Positions 45,342 through 63,639 of a stretch of 64,000 bases of DNA are shown here, in pieces. The notes beneath the pieces are model-generated. The model did not search any database, was not told the origin of the DNA, and saw nothing but the letters and a program-made list of their open reading frames with translations. The first letter of the stretch is position 1; every line of letters begins with the position of its first letter. Made by a program: the position numbers and the translations under genes. The DNA is from the human T2T-CHM13v2.0 reference genome, Homo sapiens: assembly GCF_009914755.1 (NCBI RefSeq), contig NC_060929.1. The stretch is one strand, 5' to 3'.

Positions 45342-46352
45342 GGGAGGTTCCAAGATGGCCGAATAGGAACAGCTGCAGTCTACAGCTCCCAGGGTGAGCG
45401 ACGCAGAAGACAGGTGATTTCTGCATTTCCAACTGAGGTACCAGGTTCATCTCACTGGGGCTTGTCAGACAGTGGGTGCAGCCCATGGAGCGTGAGCAGA
45501 AGCAGGGCAGGGCATCACCTCACCCGGGAAGTGCAAGGGGTCGGGGAATTCCCTTTCCTAGCCAAGGGAAGCCCTGCCAGATGGTACCTGGAAAATTGGG
45601 ACACTCCCAACCTAACACTGCGCTTTTCCAATGGTCTTAGCAAACAGCACACCAGGAGATTATATCCCACGCCTGGCTCGGAGGGTCCCATGCCCACGGA
45701 GCCTCGCTCACTGCTAGCACAGCAGCCTGAGATTGGACTGCAAGGCAGCAGTGAGGCTGGGGTAGGGGTGTCTGCCATTGCTGAGGCTTGAGTAGGTAAA
45801 CAAAGTAGCTGGGAAGCTCTAACTGGGTGGAGCCCACCGCAGCCCAAGGAGGCCTGTCTGCCTCTGTAGACTCCACCTCTGAGGGCAGGGCATAGCTGAA
45901 CAAAAGGCAGCAGAAACTTCTGCAGACTTAAACATCCCTGTCTGACAGCTTTGAAGAGAGTAGTGGTTCTCCCAGCACACAGTTTGAGATCTGAGACAGA
46001 CAGACTGCCTCCTCAAGTGGGTCCCTGACCCCCGAGTAGCCCAATTGGGAGACATCTCCCAGTAGGGGCTGACTGACACCTCATACGGCCGGGTGCCCCT
46101 CTGAGATGAAGCTTCCACAGGAAGGATCAGGCAGCAACATTTACCGTTCTGCAATATTTGCTGTTCTGCAGCCTCCGCTGGTGATACACAGGCAAACAGG
46201 GTCTGGAGTGAACCTCCAGCAAACTCCAACATACCTGCAGCTGAGGGTCCTGACTGTTAGAAGGAAAACTAACAAACAGAAAGGACACCCACACCAAAAC
46301 CCCATCTGCACGTCACCATCATCAAAGACCAAAGGTAGATAAAACCACAAAG
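45342..46352 (+). promoter_or_regulatory. L1 5'UTR internal sense and antisense promoter; YY1 motif at 45351-45361
   Basis: caagatggccg intact. The 129-bp segment absent from L1PA2/L1HS is retained (46096-46224). Confidence 0.8.
45515..45778 (-). CDS. L1 ORF0-like antisense ORF, 87 aa, open
   Basis: MADTPTPASLLPCSPISGCCASSERGSVGMGPSEPGVGY... aligns with ORF0 (MAGAPPPASLPPCSLISDCCASNQRDSVGVGPSEPGVGY). Start context gcaATGG. Translation is not demonstrated. Confidence 0.6.
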   Translation of the reverse strand: MADTPTPASLLPCSPISGCCASSERGSVGMGPSEPGVGYNLLVCCLLRPLEKRSVRLGVSQFSRYHLAGLPLARKGNSPTPCTSRVR

Positions 46353-47373
46353 ATGGGGAGAAACAAGAGCAGAAAAGCTGAAAATTATAAAAATCAGAGC
46401 ACTTCTCCTCCAAAGGAATGCAGCTCCTTGCCAGCAATGGAGCAAAGCTGGACAGAGAATGACTTTGATGAGTTGAGAGAAGAAGGCTTCAGACGACTGG
46501 TAATAACAAACTTCTCCGAGCTAAAGGAGGATGTTTGAACCCAACACAAAGAAGCTAAAAACCTTGAAAAAAGATTAGATGAATGGCTAACTAGAATAAA
46601 CAATGTAGAGAAGACCTTAAATGACCTGATGGAGCTGAAAACCGTGGCACGAGAACTATGTGAGGAATGCACAGGCTTCAGTAGCCAATTCGATCAAGTG
46701 GAAGAAAGGGTATCAGTGATTGAAGATCAAATAAATGAAATGAAGTGAGAAGAGAAGTTTAGAGAAAAAAAGAGTAAAAAGAAACAAACAAAGCCTTCAA
46801 GAAATATGGGACTATGTGAAACAAAATCTACGTCTGATTGGTGTACCTGAAAGTGATGGGGAGAATGGAACCAAGTTGGAAAACACTCTTCAGGGTATTA
46901 TCCAGGAGAACTTCCCCAATCTAGCAAGGCAGGCCAACATTCAAATTCAGGAAATACAGAGAGTGCCACAAAGATACTCCTCGAGAAGAGCAACTCCAAG
47001 ACACATAATTACCAGATGCACCAAAGTTGAAATGAAGGAAAAAATATTGAGGGCAGCCAGGGAGTAAGGTCAGGTTACCCACAAAGGGAAGCCCATCAGA
47101 TTAACAGCAGATCTCTTGGCAGAAATTCCACAAGCCAGAGGACAGTGGGAGCCATTATTCAACATTCTTAAAGAAAAGAATTTTCAACCCAGAATTTCAT
47201 ATCCAGCCAAACTAAGCTTCATAACTGAAGGAGAAATAAAATCCTTTGCAGATAAGCAAATGCTGAGAGATTTTGTCACCACCAGACCTGCCTTACAAGA
47301 GCTCCTGAAGGAAGCACTAAACATGGAAAGGAACAGCCAGTACCAGCCACTGCAAAAACAGGCCAAATTGTAA
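46353..47373 (+). pseudogene. L1 ORF1, disrupted
   Basis: MGRNKSRKAEN... to ...PLQKQAKL*, broken by several stops and frameshifts. Confidence 0.92.
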
Positions 47374-47436
47374 AGACCATCAATGCCAGGAAGAAACCGC
47401 ATCAACTAAGGAGCAAAATAACCAGCTAACATCATA

Positions 47437-52071
<4,635 letters not shown>

Positions 52072-52299
52072 ACGATGAGAACACTTGGACATAGGGTGGG
52101 GAGCATTACACACCAGGGCCTGTCGTGGGGTGGGGCGAGTGGGGAGGGATAGCATTAGGAGATATACCTAATGTAAATGACAAGTTAATGGGTGCAGCAC
52201 ACCAACATGGCACATGTATACATATGTAACAAACCTGCATGTTGTGCACATGTATCCTAGAACTTAAAGTATAATTAAAACAAAATTAAAAAAAAAAAC

Positions 52300-52810
52300 A
52301 ACTTAATAGACTGGCTAAGTTTATGCTAGATACAGCTGAATAGAGAATTGGTGAATTAGAAGAAAGTCTTAGATAATTCAATACAGTGAACAGAGAGATA
52401 AAGAAATGGAAAATACGAATGTAAAGGTGTTGTTAAGGCATACAGACAGTGGATTGAAAGATTCAAACATACATCCTATGGGAGTTACAGAAAGAGAGAA
52501 TAGGGGGCATGGCAAATTAGTAATATTTGAAGAGATTGTGGCTGAGAACTCAAGCACTGAATTCAAGAAGCTAGAACCGCAGAACAAATATCCAAATAAC
52601 AGATGTAAAAAGGAATATGGAGAAGAAATTAATAACACAGAAAAACAACAACAATAATCAAGAAGTCCTACTTATTTCAGAAGACATTTTTAGAATTACC
52701 ATTTTTTAAAAAAGGCACAAATAACATTAAACATGGAGAAAATGTACCAACAAATGTTATAAAGAAAATAATTTGAAAACTTAGATGAAAAGGATAATTT
52801 AGAGGCAAAT
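52300..52810 (+). mobile_element. Ancient L1M ORF1-region remnant (host of the L1PA insertion; continues 45162-45341)
   Basis: agatacagctgaatagagaattggtgaattaga ... aatatttgaagagattgtggctgagaac (IFEEIVAEN). Confidence 0.7.
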
Positions 52811-53555
52811 GTTTTTCATTTTGGTCTTTTTTCTTTTCCTGGTACTTACCTTCATATTTTAAAATAATATGCTTATAGAGGTATTTCTTGGGTTATGAAT
52901 TTTAAATATTTCCTGGTGAATCGTTATAGTCATTGCAGATTTAGCTCTATTTTCCTCCTGCCATCTTCTTACCTTCTGCCTCCCACTCTCCTGTTCTGTA
53001 TATATAATTATATCAATAATTTTGGTAAAATCAGTAATTTTGATTAACACTATGATGGAAATATTGTTATTAATTCTTATTAACACTATCATTGGAAATA
53101 TTGTTTACTGCATAGCCATATAATATACACTATTTTTACTTTTACTTTTCTAGATAAGTTTATGTTTTCTTCCTGGAATTAATAATTGCCACCCCCAACA
53201 TCCAATTTGCTTAGTTTTCTATTTGTATGTCCTTATTTTTTGGTAAATATTTAAATATATCTGTGCCACTCTTAACTATAATTTTTTCACCAAATACTTA
53301 AGGACATTGTATACCTATTCCAGATATTTTATCAATTTTTTTTTAATCCCTAGTGGCTTCCTTTCTAGATACTCCCATCTTGTCCAAATTGAGCTGATTT
53401 CTGTCTGGATCTTCTATACAGCTGTCATTCAGAGATTTTCCTATGTTACATTCCTGTGTTGGAACCATAGTTTCCTGACCCTCTGTATTTCTATTTCTTA
53501 GTTAATCCCTTTATTTGCAAAAGAATACATACAAGGACTTCCTTAGGAAGGGATT

Positions 53556-53919
53556 TGTATTAGTTCGTTCTCATGCTGCTAATAAAGACATACCTGAGAC
53601 TGGGTAATTTACAAAGAAAGGAGATTTAATGGACTCACAGTTCCATGTGTCTGGGGTAGCCTCACAATCATGGCAGAAGATGAAGGAAGAGCAAAGGGAT
53701 GTCTTACATAGCAGTCACAGAAGAGAGAGCTTGTGCAAGGCAACTCCCATTTACAAAACTATCAGATCTCATGAGAATTATTCACTATCATGAGAACAGT
53801 ATGGGAGAAGCCACCCCCATGATTCAATTATCTCTCACCAGGTCCACACAACACATGAGAATTATGGGAGCTTACAGTTCAAGATGAGATTTGGGTGGGG
53901 ACACAGCCAAACCATATCA
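53556..53919 (-). mobile_element. THE1 solo LTR with a perfect 5-bp TSD (ggatt)
   Basis: ggatt|tgtattag ... accatatca|ggatt. Confidence 0.92.
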
Positions 53920-54449
53920 GGATTCTACAAGGAATATTTTTCAAACTGTTAAAAAATATGTATTCTGCCCTAATACTTGATTGGTAGTTTAGTTGAATAT
54001 AGAATTCTATGTTGAATATATTTTTTCCTCATGATATTAAAGGTGTTGCTCTACTTTCTTCCGGCAACTTCAATGCTATCCTAATTTCACATCCTTTTTA
54101 TGTGGCTTCTTTATTTTCTGTCTCTCTCTGGAAGATTGTAGGATCCTCTTTTTGTCAGTCCTCTTCTGAAATTTCATGATGATGTCCCTTTGTGTGGATC
54201 TTTAGTTATTTGTTTTAAATTTATTGCACAATGTTAAGATACAAATATAAAGAAAGTTTAATATTTGTGTACTTTCACTCAACCTGGGATATAAAAAGAT
54301 CAATACAAAATTGTTTATGTGAAATGATTGAGAGAAAGAGATTACAAATGAGGCAAAAAATGTTAAAAGGTGCACATAGGTGAAGTCTTTATTGTGCTCT
54401 CGGAACATTTTTGAAGATTAAAAAAAGTCAAAATAAAAAGGTTTTTTTA

Positions 54450-55810
54450 AAGAAGAAAAATTCAGTTGAAATCCCATGTACCCCTCCTTGAAACCTCTTG
54501 CTATCCTTTCTCCCCTAAAGAAACCCATTATCTTCAGTTTAATGTTTATGTTTCCTTGTACTTCTTTATATTTTTCTAACTGTATACATATCTAAAAATA
54601 AATAGCTTGATATGCATAGTTTTAAGCCTTATGGAAATGATATCATACTGTATATAGTCAGAAACATTTTTTGCTCAACATTGAGTTGGTTCATCTATGC
54701 TGTTCCTTGTAGCTCTAATTATTCATTTTAATTGCTTTATGATATATTATTATACAGATATGCCTTGTAGTATTTATCCTTTCTCCTGTTGGTGGACATT
54801 TGGATTGATTCCAGTTTTTTTGTAATTATGAAATGTGAATATGTTTACTTGTACCAATATGTGATTGTTTCTTTATGGTATATGTGGAGGAGTGATATTG
54901 CTAAGGTGAGAGGATATGTGCATCATCAGCTTTGCCAGGTTTTGTCAAATTGCTTTCCAAAGGGCTTGTGCCAATTTGTGCAGCCATAGTATATAATTCT
55001 TTCCGGTGCTGTCTCCTTGTCAACAGTATTGTCAGGTGTTTTAATTTCTGTCCATCTAATGGGAATGAACTGTTATTTTTTTTAGTTTTCATTTCCCTGA
55101 TTATGAGTACAATTAAATGTCTTTTAAAATTTATTAATCATTTCTGTCTCATCGTCTGGGTATGGTGTGTTCATATTTTTTGCCTGTATTTATATTGAGT
55201 TTTAAAAATATATTGATTTGTAAATATTTGCTTTTTTTTTTTTTTTTTTTTTTGTAGAGATGGGGTCTCTCTATGTTGCCTAGGCTGAAGTGCAGTGGTG
55301 GGACCATGGCAAACTGCAGTCTCAAACTCTTGGCCTCCAGCAGTCCTCCTGCCTCAGCCTCCCAGGCAGCTGAGACCACAGGTGCATGCCACCATATCTG
55401 GCTAATTTTTAAATTTTCTGTAGAGATGGGGCTTTGCCATGTTGCCCAGGCTGGTCTCAAGCTCCTGGACTCAAGCAGTCCTCCTGCCTTGGCTCCTCAA
55501 ATTGCTGGGATTACAAGCATGAGCCCCTGTGCCCGGCCTATATTCTTGACACTAATTTTTTTCAGTAAAATGTGTTGCAAGTATGTCTTTCAAATCTGTG
55601 GCTTGTCTTTTCACTTTTATGGGTATCATTTGTTGTATAAAAGTTTTACATTTTAATGCAATCAACATTTTCAATCTTTTTTTATGATTTGGGCTTTGTG
55701 TCTTGTTTAACAAATACTTTTCCATCCCAAGATCATAAAGATATTCTCTTATATTACTTTCTAAAAGTTTTAAAGTTTTACTTTTACCAGGATTTGACTC
55801 TTCCTTAGAA
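54450..55810 (-). mobile_element. L1ME-like fragment interrupted by AluJ (-, 55232-55539)
   Basis: ctcctgttggtggacatttggattgattccagttt and tttccatcccaagatcataaagatattctc; AluJ diagnostics. Confidence 0.75.
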
Positions 55811-55929
55811 TTAGATAATAACATTTTCTCCTTAGCCTATTCATATGGTAAGTTATATTAAAAGATTTCCTAGTATTTTACTGTATTTTGATTTTTCCAA
55901 CTTTCTGATAGGCTTATGTTTAAAAATTG

Positions 55930-56420
55930 AGTAAAAGTGATTTAAAAGGGATATACCTAAAATATAAAAAGAGAACATTAAAAATAAAGTGATAGAAGAG
56001 ACATAATAAGTAAACACTAACCAAAAGACAAAATTAGACTATGATGCCAAATGTATAATTTGGGCTAAAGAGGGCCACTATATCAATAAAATATTTAATT
56101 CATTAGAAAGTGTAGCAGGTCTAAACTTGTCCACACCCAATAATCTATATTATGCATTAAAACATGTAAAGCAAAAACTGACAGAACAAATGGAAAAAAA
56201 TGTAAAGTGCCCCATTACATTGGATTTTAAACTGGCTGTCATTAATATAAACATCAATCAAAAAAGAAAAAACAATATAGAGCATATACATCTTTCAACT
56301 TATGAACTATATAGATCTTTATACATAAAAGTAATACAACCATAGAGGTTGTAAATATTAGTAAATCCATTAATATAACTTACCATATGTATAGGCTAAG
56401 AAGAAAAACCACATGATTAT
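55930..56420 (+). mobile_element. Ancient L1M ORF2 endonuclease-region remnant
   Basis: taaagagggccactatatc ... ctaaacttgtccacacccaataat ... aaacatgtaaagcaaaaactgacagaac (KEGHY / LN...PNN / KQKLTE). Confidence 0.65.
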
Positions 56421-56659
56421 ATTTATTAATGATATTATCCTTTTTATACAAATTGCTTATATTTTTCCCACATGTCTTTATGCATTGCTTACAGTAGTTT
56501 TGTTATGCAGAAGTGTTTTATTTTTGTGTAATCAAATCATTAGTCTTAATGCTTCCGGATTTCGAGTCCTAGTTAGGACAGTTTGTCCTATTCAGAGGTA
56601 CAGCGTCATTCACTCATTTAAAAAAATACTCATATGGCTTAATTTTTTTTACATTAACT

Positions 56660-56965
56660 TTTTTGTTTGTTTGTTTTGAGACAGGGTCTTGCTCTGTTGC
56701 CCAGGCTAGACTGCAGTGGCCCAATTACTGCTCACTGCATCCTGCAGCCTTGACTTCCTGGGCTCAAGCAATCCTTCCACCTCAGCCTCCTGAGTAGCTG
56801 GGACTATAGGCATATGCCACCATGCCTAGCCAATGTTTTCATTTTTATTTTTGTAGAAACAGGGTCTCATTATATTTCCCAGGATGATCTCAAACTCCTG
56901 GGCTCAAGCGATCCTCCTGTCTCAGCCTCCAAAAGTGGTGCGATTACAGGTGTGAGCCACCATGC
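56660..56965 (-). mobile_element. AluJ
   Basis: ctgcagccttgacttcctgggctcaagc is J-type. Confidence 0.92.
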
Positions 56966-57684
56966 TTAATTTATTTTTTTAAGTGACTTGATACTATTCC
57001 TCAATTAGGGAAATGGAATTGTTGGGAAATAAGCAGAAGAGGAATAAGATACTTTATAATGTCTTACTACTACTGATAGTAATATTATAACTAGTATTTG
57101 ATATTGTTGTAATAATTATCAATACAATAGAGCATTAACGTTTCTGATGCATTTGGAAATTATCCTGGTGTATGGTAGAGATGGGGGAGAGTTTTTCTAG
57201 TCTCTGTTACACGGAGGTGGTAACCCTTCATATGTCCTGATGTTATGCATGGATCTTAGCTCCAACTTGGTGCCCTGCACAGGGCCAAGACCATGGGGGC
57301 CAAGGCCCCCACCCCCTTGGATGTTAGAACCTTGGTTCCTGTGCTTTTTGCTATGGCTTTGCCTCTCATTTTTGTTTCTACACCTGAGGATTCCTTTTTT
57401 CTCCCCCTGCTTTAGCTTGATGTATGTTTCACCCAGTTTGGGATTTTCCCTCAGCTTGGTTTACTGCTTTGCCATACTTTGGTTCACAGTGGTTAGGAAC
57501 TTGTAGAGGACATATCCTAAGGGGCTTGGAAATAAAATGGGGTAGAGATGAGCATTAACTCTGGAAGCACTATTAGTTTTTCTGAATCTAGTGGCTTGTT
57601 TTAAAGCATTTTGAAACTTTATAGGCTAGAGCATATCTTCAGATAGCCCATGTGTTCAATTACGACTTAAAAATGTCTGAGATT

Positions 57685-58089
<405 letters not shown>

Positions 58090-58374
58090 TCAAAGCACAC
58101 TCTAAACTCAATATACATATATATTTCTGCATATTTTACATGAGAATTCTCCACATCTTAACATAGATTATTCCAAGCTGATTGTAAAAAATTTCTGTTT
58201 TAGAACTGTGATCTGAGGACTCTCCTTGTTGTAAAGTTCCCCATTCCATGTCTGTCTTTGCTGGAACATGGAGTGGTTTAGTAAACTAGCATGAGTTTGG
58301 GAGTCTTTGAATCTTGGTTATATGATTATCTCTGTTGTGGAATCCTGAGAAGCCATTTACAAATTTTTATCTTC

Positions 58375-58800
58375 GTATTTATAGTATAAAATTGTCCCTT
58401 TTTTGGTGCACAGTTCTATGAATGTAAACACATGCTTGGATTTGCGTAACCTCCATAATCAGTATGTAGAACCATTTTATCACTGCGTAAGCTCCCTCAT
58501 GCGATTCCTTTGTGGTCACACACTCCCACCCCTGACCTCTGGAAACCCCTGATCTGTTCTCTATCCCTATTTTACGAATATCACACAACAGGAATCATAT
58601 ATAGTATGTAACCTTTTGAGACTGACTTTTCTATTCAACCTGATGCTTTTGCTCCATGTTATTGTTTTTATCAAGAATTCTTCTTTTTTTAATTGCTGAG
58701 TAGTATTCCATTGTTTGGATGTATTGCATTTATTTATTCACTCACCGATTAAAGGATATTTAGGTTGTTTCCAGTTTTTGGTGATTATGAATAAGGCTTA
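58375..58800 (-). mobile_element. L1MD/ME-like 3' fragment
   Basis: aattgctgagtagtattccattgtttggatgta ... ggatatttaggttgtttccagtttttgg. Confidence 0.75.
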
Positions 58801-59538
58801 TATGAGAGAAATTATTTTACCCCTGATAAATGCCAGTCTTTTCCCTACTTGAGCCCAGTTCCTTTCATCCAACAATAACTTACATTACACCTCTGCCAAA
58901 AAGAAATCCTGATCACATCTTGACCCCTAGGATGGCAATTACATTTCCTTTCCCGTGTCAAGTATGCATTCTGGAATACTGTGTTGAACAGAATTGCAAG
59001 GCTACCTCTGGGAAAACAGGGGTATAAGCAATTGATGACATCTGCTAAGGTTGCAGAAGAGGCAAATGGCAGCAATTGGACTGCATAATTATAGGCATAT
59101 TGCTTCCCAGAATGGAGAATAGATATAGAATAGAACAGACAATAAAATTAGCTAGTGCAGTGATGTAGACTTCTGCGTTCCTGCAGCTTTATCACACCAC
59201 AAAAAAGGAAAACCTTTTGGAAAATATCATATTACCTTTCATTTATCTGCATAGCCGAATTTGTGCAATATTATTTTTTGTACATTATAGAAAGGTACAT
59301 TAAAGGAGTGTTAAGGGTTGACCCTTACTGAGGTGTGTTAAGATGCAGTCTGTGGTATCTTCTAGGTGCAGAGTCATTGCCAACTGGACCCAGAGTGAAA
59401 TGTTACATTTTGAAATAAAATTTGCATAAGCACTGACGCATTTTGTAAATATGTACCCTTTGTAGGCAGATACTGTGTTATTATGCTGTTGTGCTTGAAA
59501 AATAGAACTAAGTTTTTTGTGTTTCTTTTTCTTTCCAG

Positions 59539-59645
59539 TATTACTTTACTGTTCTTTTTGGCCATGAAGGTCAGAAGCCACTGGAGCTGCGCTGTGAGGA
59601 GGAGCAGGATGGTAAAGAGTGGATGGAGGCCATTCACCAAGCCAG
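59539..59645 (+). CDS. RASGRF2: RASGRF2 coding exon 2 (C-terminal part of the N-terminal PH domain)
   Basis: Polypyrimidine tract and acceptor tttctttttctttccag, then 107 nt, then donor cag|gtatag. Phase-0 translation [35 protein letters not shown](S) matches the human RASGRF2 sequence as I recall it (...[42 protein letters not shown]...). The ORF track misses this frame. Confidence 0.96.
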
Positions 59646-59859
59646 GTATAGGCTCAGTCTTCCTGTGTAGTACTTGATTGTCTGGGTCCTGCATTGGGGT
59701 TATCACTGTTGGTGGTAGTTTTGGAAGAACTTGCAACTCTAAGATGAGTTTTCTCCTGGTACCTATTCCTTAGTCATGTGTGAGATCATTATTTGAGCTT
59801 TCCATGGCTACATTCCAGCTAAAGATTAATGGTAATAGATACAATGATAATAATAAGTA

Positions 59860-60090
59860 GTAGTAGTAGTCACTTTTGTGGATTTCTTCCTATGTGCCAA
59901 GCACTATTATATGTGCTTTTCAATTACAGAATGTATTGAATGTATTGACTCACTCTGTCAACAATCGGCAAGAGGGGCATTATAATTCCCCCTGTCTGCA
60001 GATAAGGAAACTGAGGCCTGGAAAGTTAGTTTTCCTGCCTGAGGTCACACAGCTAGTAAGCCACAGAGCTGGGATATGGCCCTAGCCTAG
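59860..60090 (-). mobile_element. MIR
   Basis: gcagataaggaaactgaggcct...cctgaggtcacacagctagtaag. Confidence 0.8.
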
Positions 60091-60739
60091 CCTACATTTG
60101 TAAACCCTGCTCTGTGCACCTCGGTTATCAAAAGAAGGGGATGACATCCTCTATTTAAAGAAATAGAACACTGTGATTTCGCTTCCCCCTAAGAAACATC
60201 AGGAAGGTGGAAATGTGTGTACAGGGTCTTAAACGGGAACTAGAAATCTGAAAGAGATACAAGGCAGGTCCCTCTCTCTTATTTTCCTATTCAATCCCTA
60301 AACCTGGTTCAGTTTTGTTTCCCATGGCTCTCAAGCTCTTGCTTTTTGCCTGTCCACTCCCTAATCCAGGCTGTTGCTCCACTACTCCCTGCTCTCTTGT
60401 CTTGCTCATCTCTTGGGTATTTTGGGGCAACACTCTAGCTGTGGCATGCTTTCTTTTTCTTCACCTGATGAGCCTTCCCTTCTCCATCTGTCTGTTCCTC
60501 CCTCTACCACTCCCGCCCTGAGACATCTCCCTGCAAGTCAGCCCTCACTGGCGCCCTCTTCAAATGGCTGCAGCACTTGCATTGTGTACTGCACGTGGGC
60601 GATTTAGCAATTCTGGTTATCATTACTTTTTTAATATAGTGAATGTGTTAGATTTCTGTTTCCTGAGTGGGATTGTATACACCTTGAGAATGAGGAGAGG
60701 GATTGGGGCACATTCATGTCTGAGTGAAGCGCATTGCTA

Positions 60740-61183
<444 letters not shown>

Positions 61184-61239
61184 TCACCTCTATTCTCCCT
61201 ACCCTCTTCAGCTACTTATATTTACCACCTTCTCTGACA

Positions 61240-61415
61240 AGCAGTGTGCCAAGTGTTTTATGTACTTATCTTTTTTTATTCTTCACAATAAGCTAATAGG
61301 ATATTATTATCCCCATTTTACAGAGGAGAAAACAAAAATTTGTGACAGGCATATTGGCCAAGTTCTAACACAAAGTTGTTAAGCTGCAGATCTGGGATTC
61401 AAACCCAAGTTGAAT
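61240..61415 (-). mobile_element. MIR
   Basis: attattatccccattttacagaggagaaaac ... ctgggattcaaacccaag. Confidence 0.8.
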
Positions 61416-63639
61416 TGGGTTTGGACTTCAGAACCTTTAGCTAATGTTCAATATTGTACTTATCTTCGTTATCCTCTTTATCACTACAGTCTTTTCTTGT
61501 TCTATTTTTTTTTTCTTTTCCTCATTCAAAGACGAAAGTAGATTAATGTGAGACTAGGGTTGAGAGTAGAAGATGTTATTTGCAAAATATTTCAGTTCCT
61601 TTTCTTTCTCTGAGATGCATGGGGCTGGCAACTAAGTGCCACTCTCCATGTGGACCCCAGGAGAGCTTGCCACGAGTCATCATGACCCCGGCACATGGTT
61701 CAGCCGTCCTTGCTCTTGGTGCTCTCTGTTTGAGGGTTTTGATCCAGACTTAGGACTAATGCAGAATGACTTGCTGTAGAAAGAAAGTCAGGCCTTCAAA
61801 GATGAAAGAAGCATCAAGCTGGCAAGGTAGAGCCCTTGGGTCATTTCCAGACACAATCTTTTCCTTTCTACAATCTCTATTCCTTTCTACCTAGGAGTTA
61901 AAATACATAATTTAAAACATGCCTGTTTTCCTATCTTTTTCATTCCAGGAGAGCAGGCACCATCAGTAGCCCAAATGCCTTTGTAGTTGTCAAGCAAATA
62001 TCTTGGTGAACCAAACACAAATAATGCAAATTGCTTTAAAGATGATTAGATTCCAAGTAAGAAATCTTTTTTTCTGTCCCAGGAATGCATTTTATCATCT
62101 ACAGGAAACTGAGTCAGTAATTATTTGGTGGTGTTTGACATACAGTCAAAACCAGGGCATGTGTGATGTTGTCAGGAGACAGACTTTAGAAACCACTTAA
62201 GTGGTTTAGATGATACAATGGTGAAAATTCTTTTCTTTTTAGATTTGAAGATTTGGTTAATAATTGACTTTTTCCCTTGATGTTTTGACTTTTTGGTCCA
62301 TTAGGTTTGCTTTTCCCTTGACTTGAGACCTAGGACTGGGTTCTTTGATAATTTCTTTTAATCTGACTGCTTTATACTGTGTTTTTATATTTTCTGTTTT
62401 GCATTGAGATATTTCTTAAATTTTTGTTTTCTAAATCAGGGAAGAAAACTTTTTTATCTAAGCTTGATTAAGTTGAGTTTTTGGTTTAAACTTGGATCTG
62501 CAAAATTCACCTTGATTTTGTTCATGTATGAACAAAGCCAGAAAGTTAATGAAGCTGATTCAGAGCAAGAATTATCAGCCATTTTTGCTTGGCATTGTAA
62601 TAAAACACAATTAATTAATTATGGTTGGTTGACTTAACATTTCACCCTCGAAAGACAGTCTGATGGCATTAATTCAGTACTGCTGCCTTTCTAATATAAA
62701 AGTTTTAAATACTCAATATTTATGGTTTTATTGATCCTTTTTTAAAAAATCAAAACTTTTGATTAGTTTAGCATGAGATGTTCTTTTCTGAGCTACAAAT
62801 CCTCCTGTAGATGCCACTTAGATACAAAGACTGCTCAGAACCCCTTCTCTCATTTACTTTTGTTTTCCTGGGATGGCTTTTCAGTACCAGCCTGGGTGTG
62901 CTGTCTTTGTGTGCTATGAACATCACATTGTTCTGTTGGCTTTCGTATCTCAGAGCAGAATCTACTTGCCCCACTTTGCCTTCAGAGAATCTTAGGGTCA
63001 TTTTCTGGGATGTCCCATTGCATGTTTTCTCCTTTAGATCTGGCCCAGAAAAAAAAAATCGTTTTGGAATTAACATTTTTCATTTTGAAGCTTTGACCAG
63101 TCCAAGAAGCTCATTTTAATGTTTTGCTTACCATTGGCCAATACTGCATTTCTAGAACACGGGCACATTTAGGATATCATTTTACCACATGTTATGGCAC
63201 TAGTTCAGGGGACGCTGCTACCGAGACCCAGTCTTGTTTTTGTCTGGTTGAGTTGAGGCCAGAGCCTTTTCATAGTAGTTAAGTCTATGCTTATTTTATG
63301 TGGTTGCTACTTGAGTATGGAACTCTGCACATAAAAAATAACCTGATATTTCTTCTTTGTTTTCTTGTCCATAAGTGTCCATCATGGTTGATTTAGTTGT
63401 AGACACTAGGACAATCAAAAACTGACCTGGTTGATTGTGAGTCCTTAGGGCTTGTTAGCTGAAAAGACAACTCTTCAATGTTTCATCTGCTAGAACATGG
63501 ACCAAGCAAAGTATCAGCAGTTAGGAGATAGTCATGGCCTGGACATGGATCCAGTTGTATATCTTCCAAGGGTCTTCCCATCCTTGACTAAGCCTAATAC
63601 CCACAGGACCTAGACTATGACATTTGGGAAGAAACGAGG

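Noticed and set aside
59374-59736. ORF-track entries 59483..59677 (+) and 59374..59736 (-)
   Set aside because: They are the wrong frame or the antisense shadow of the true RASGRF2 exon.
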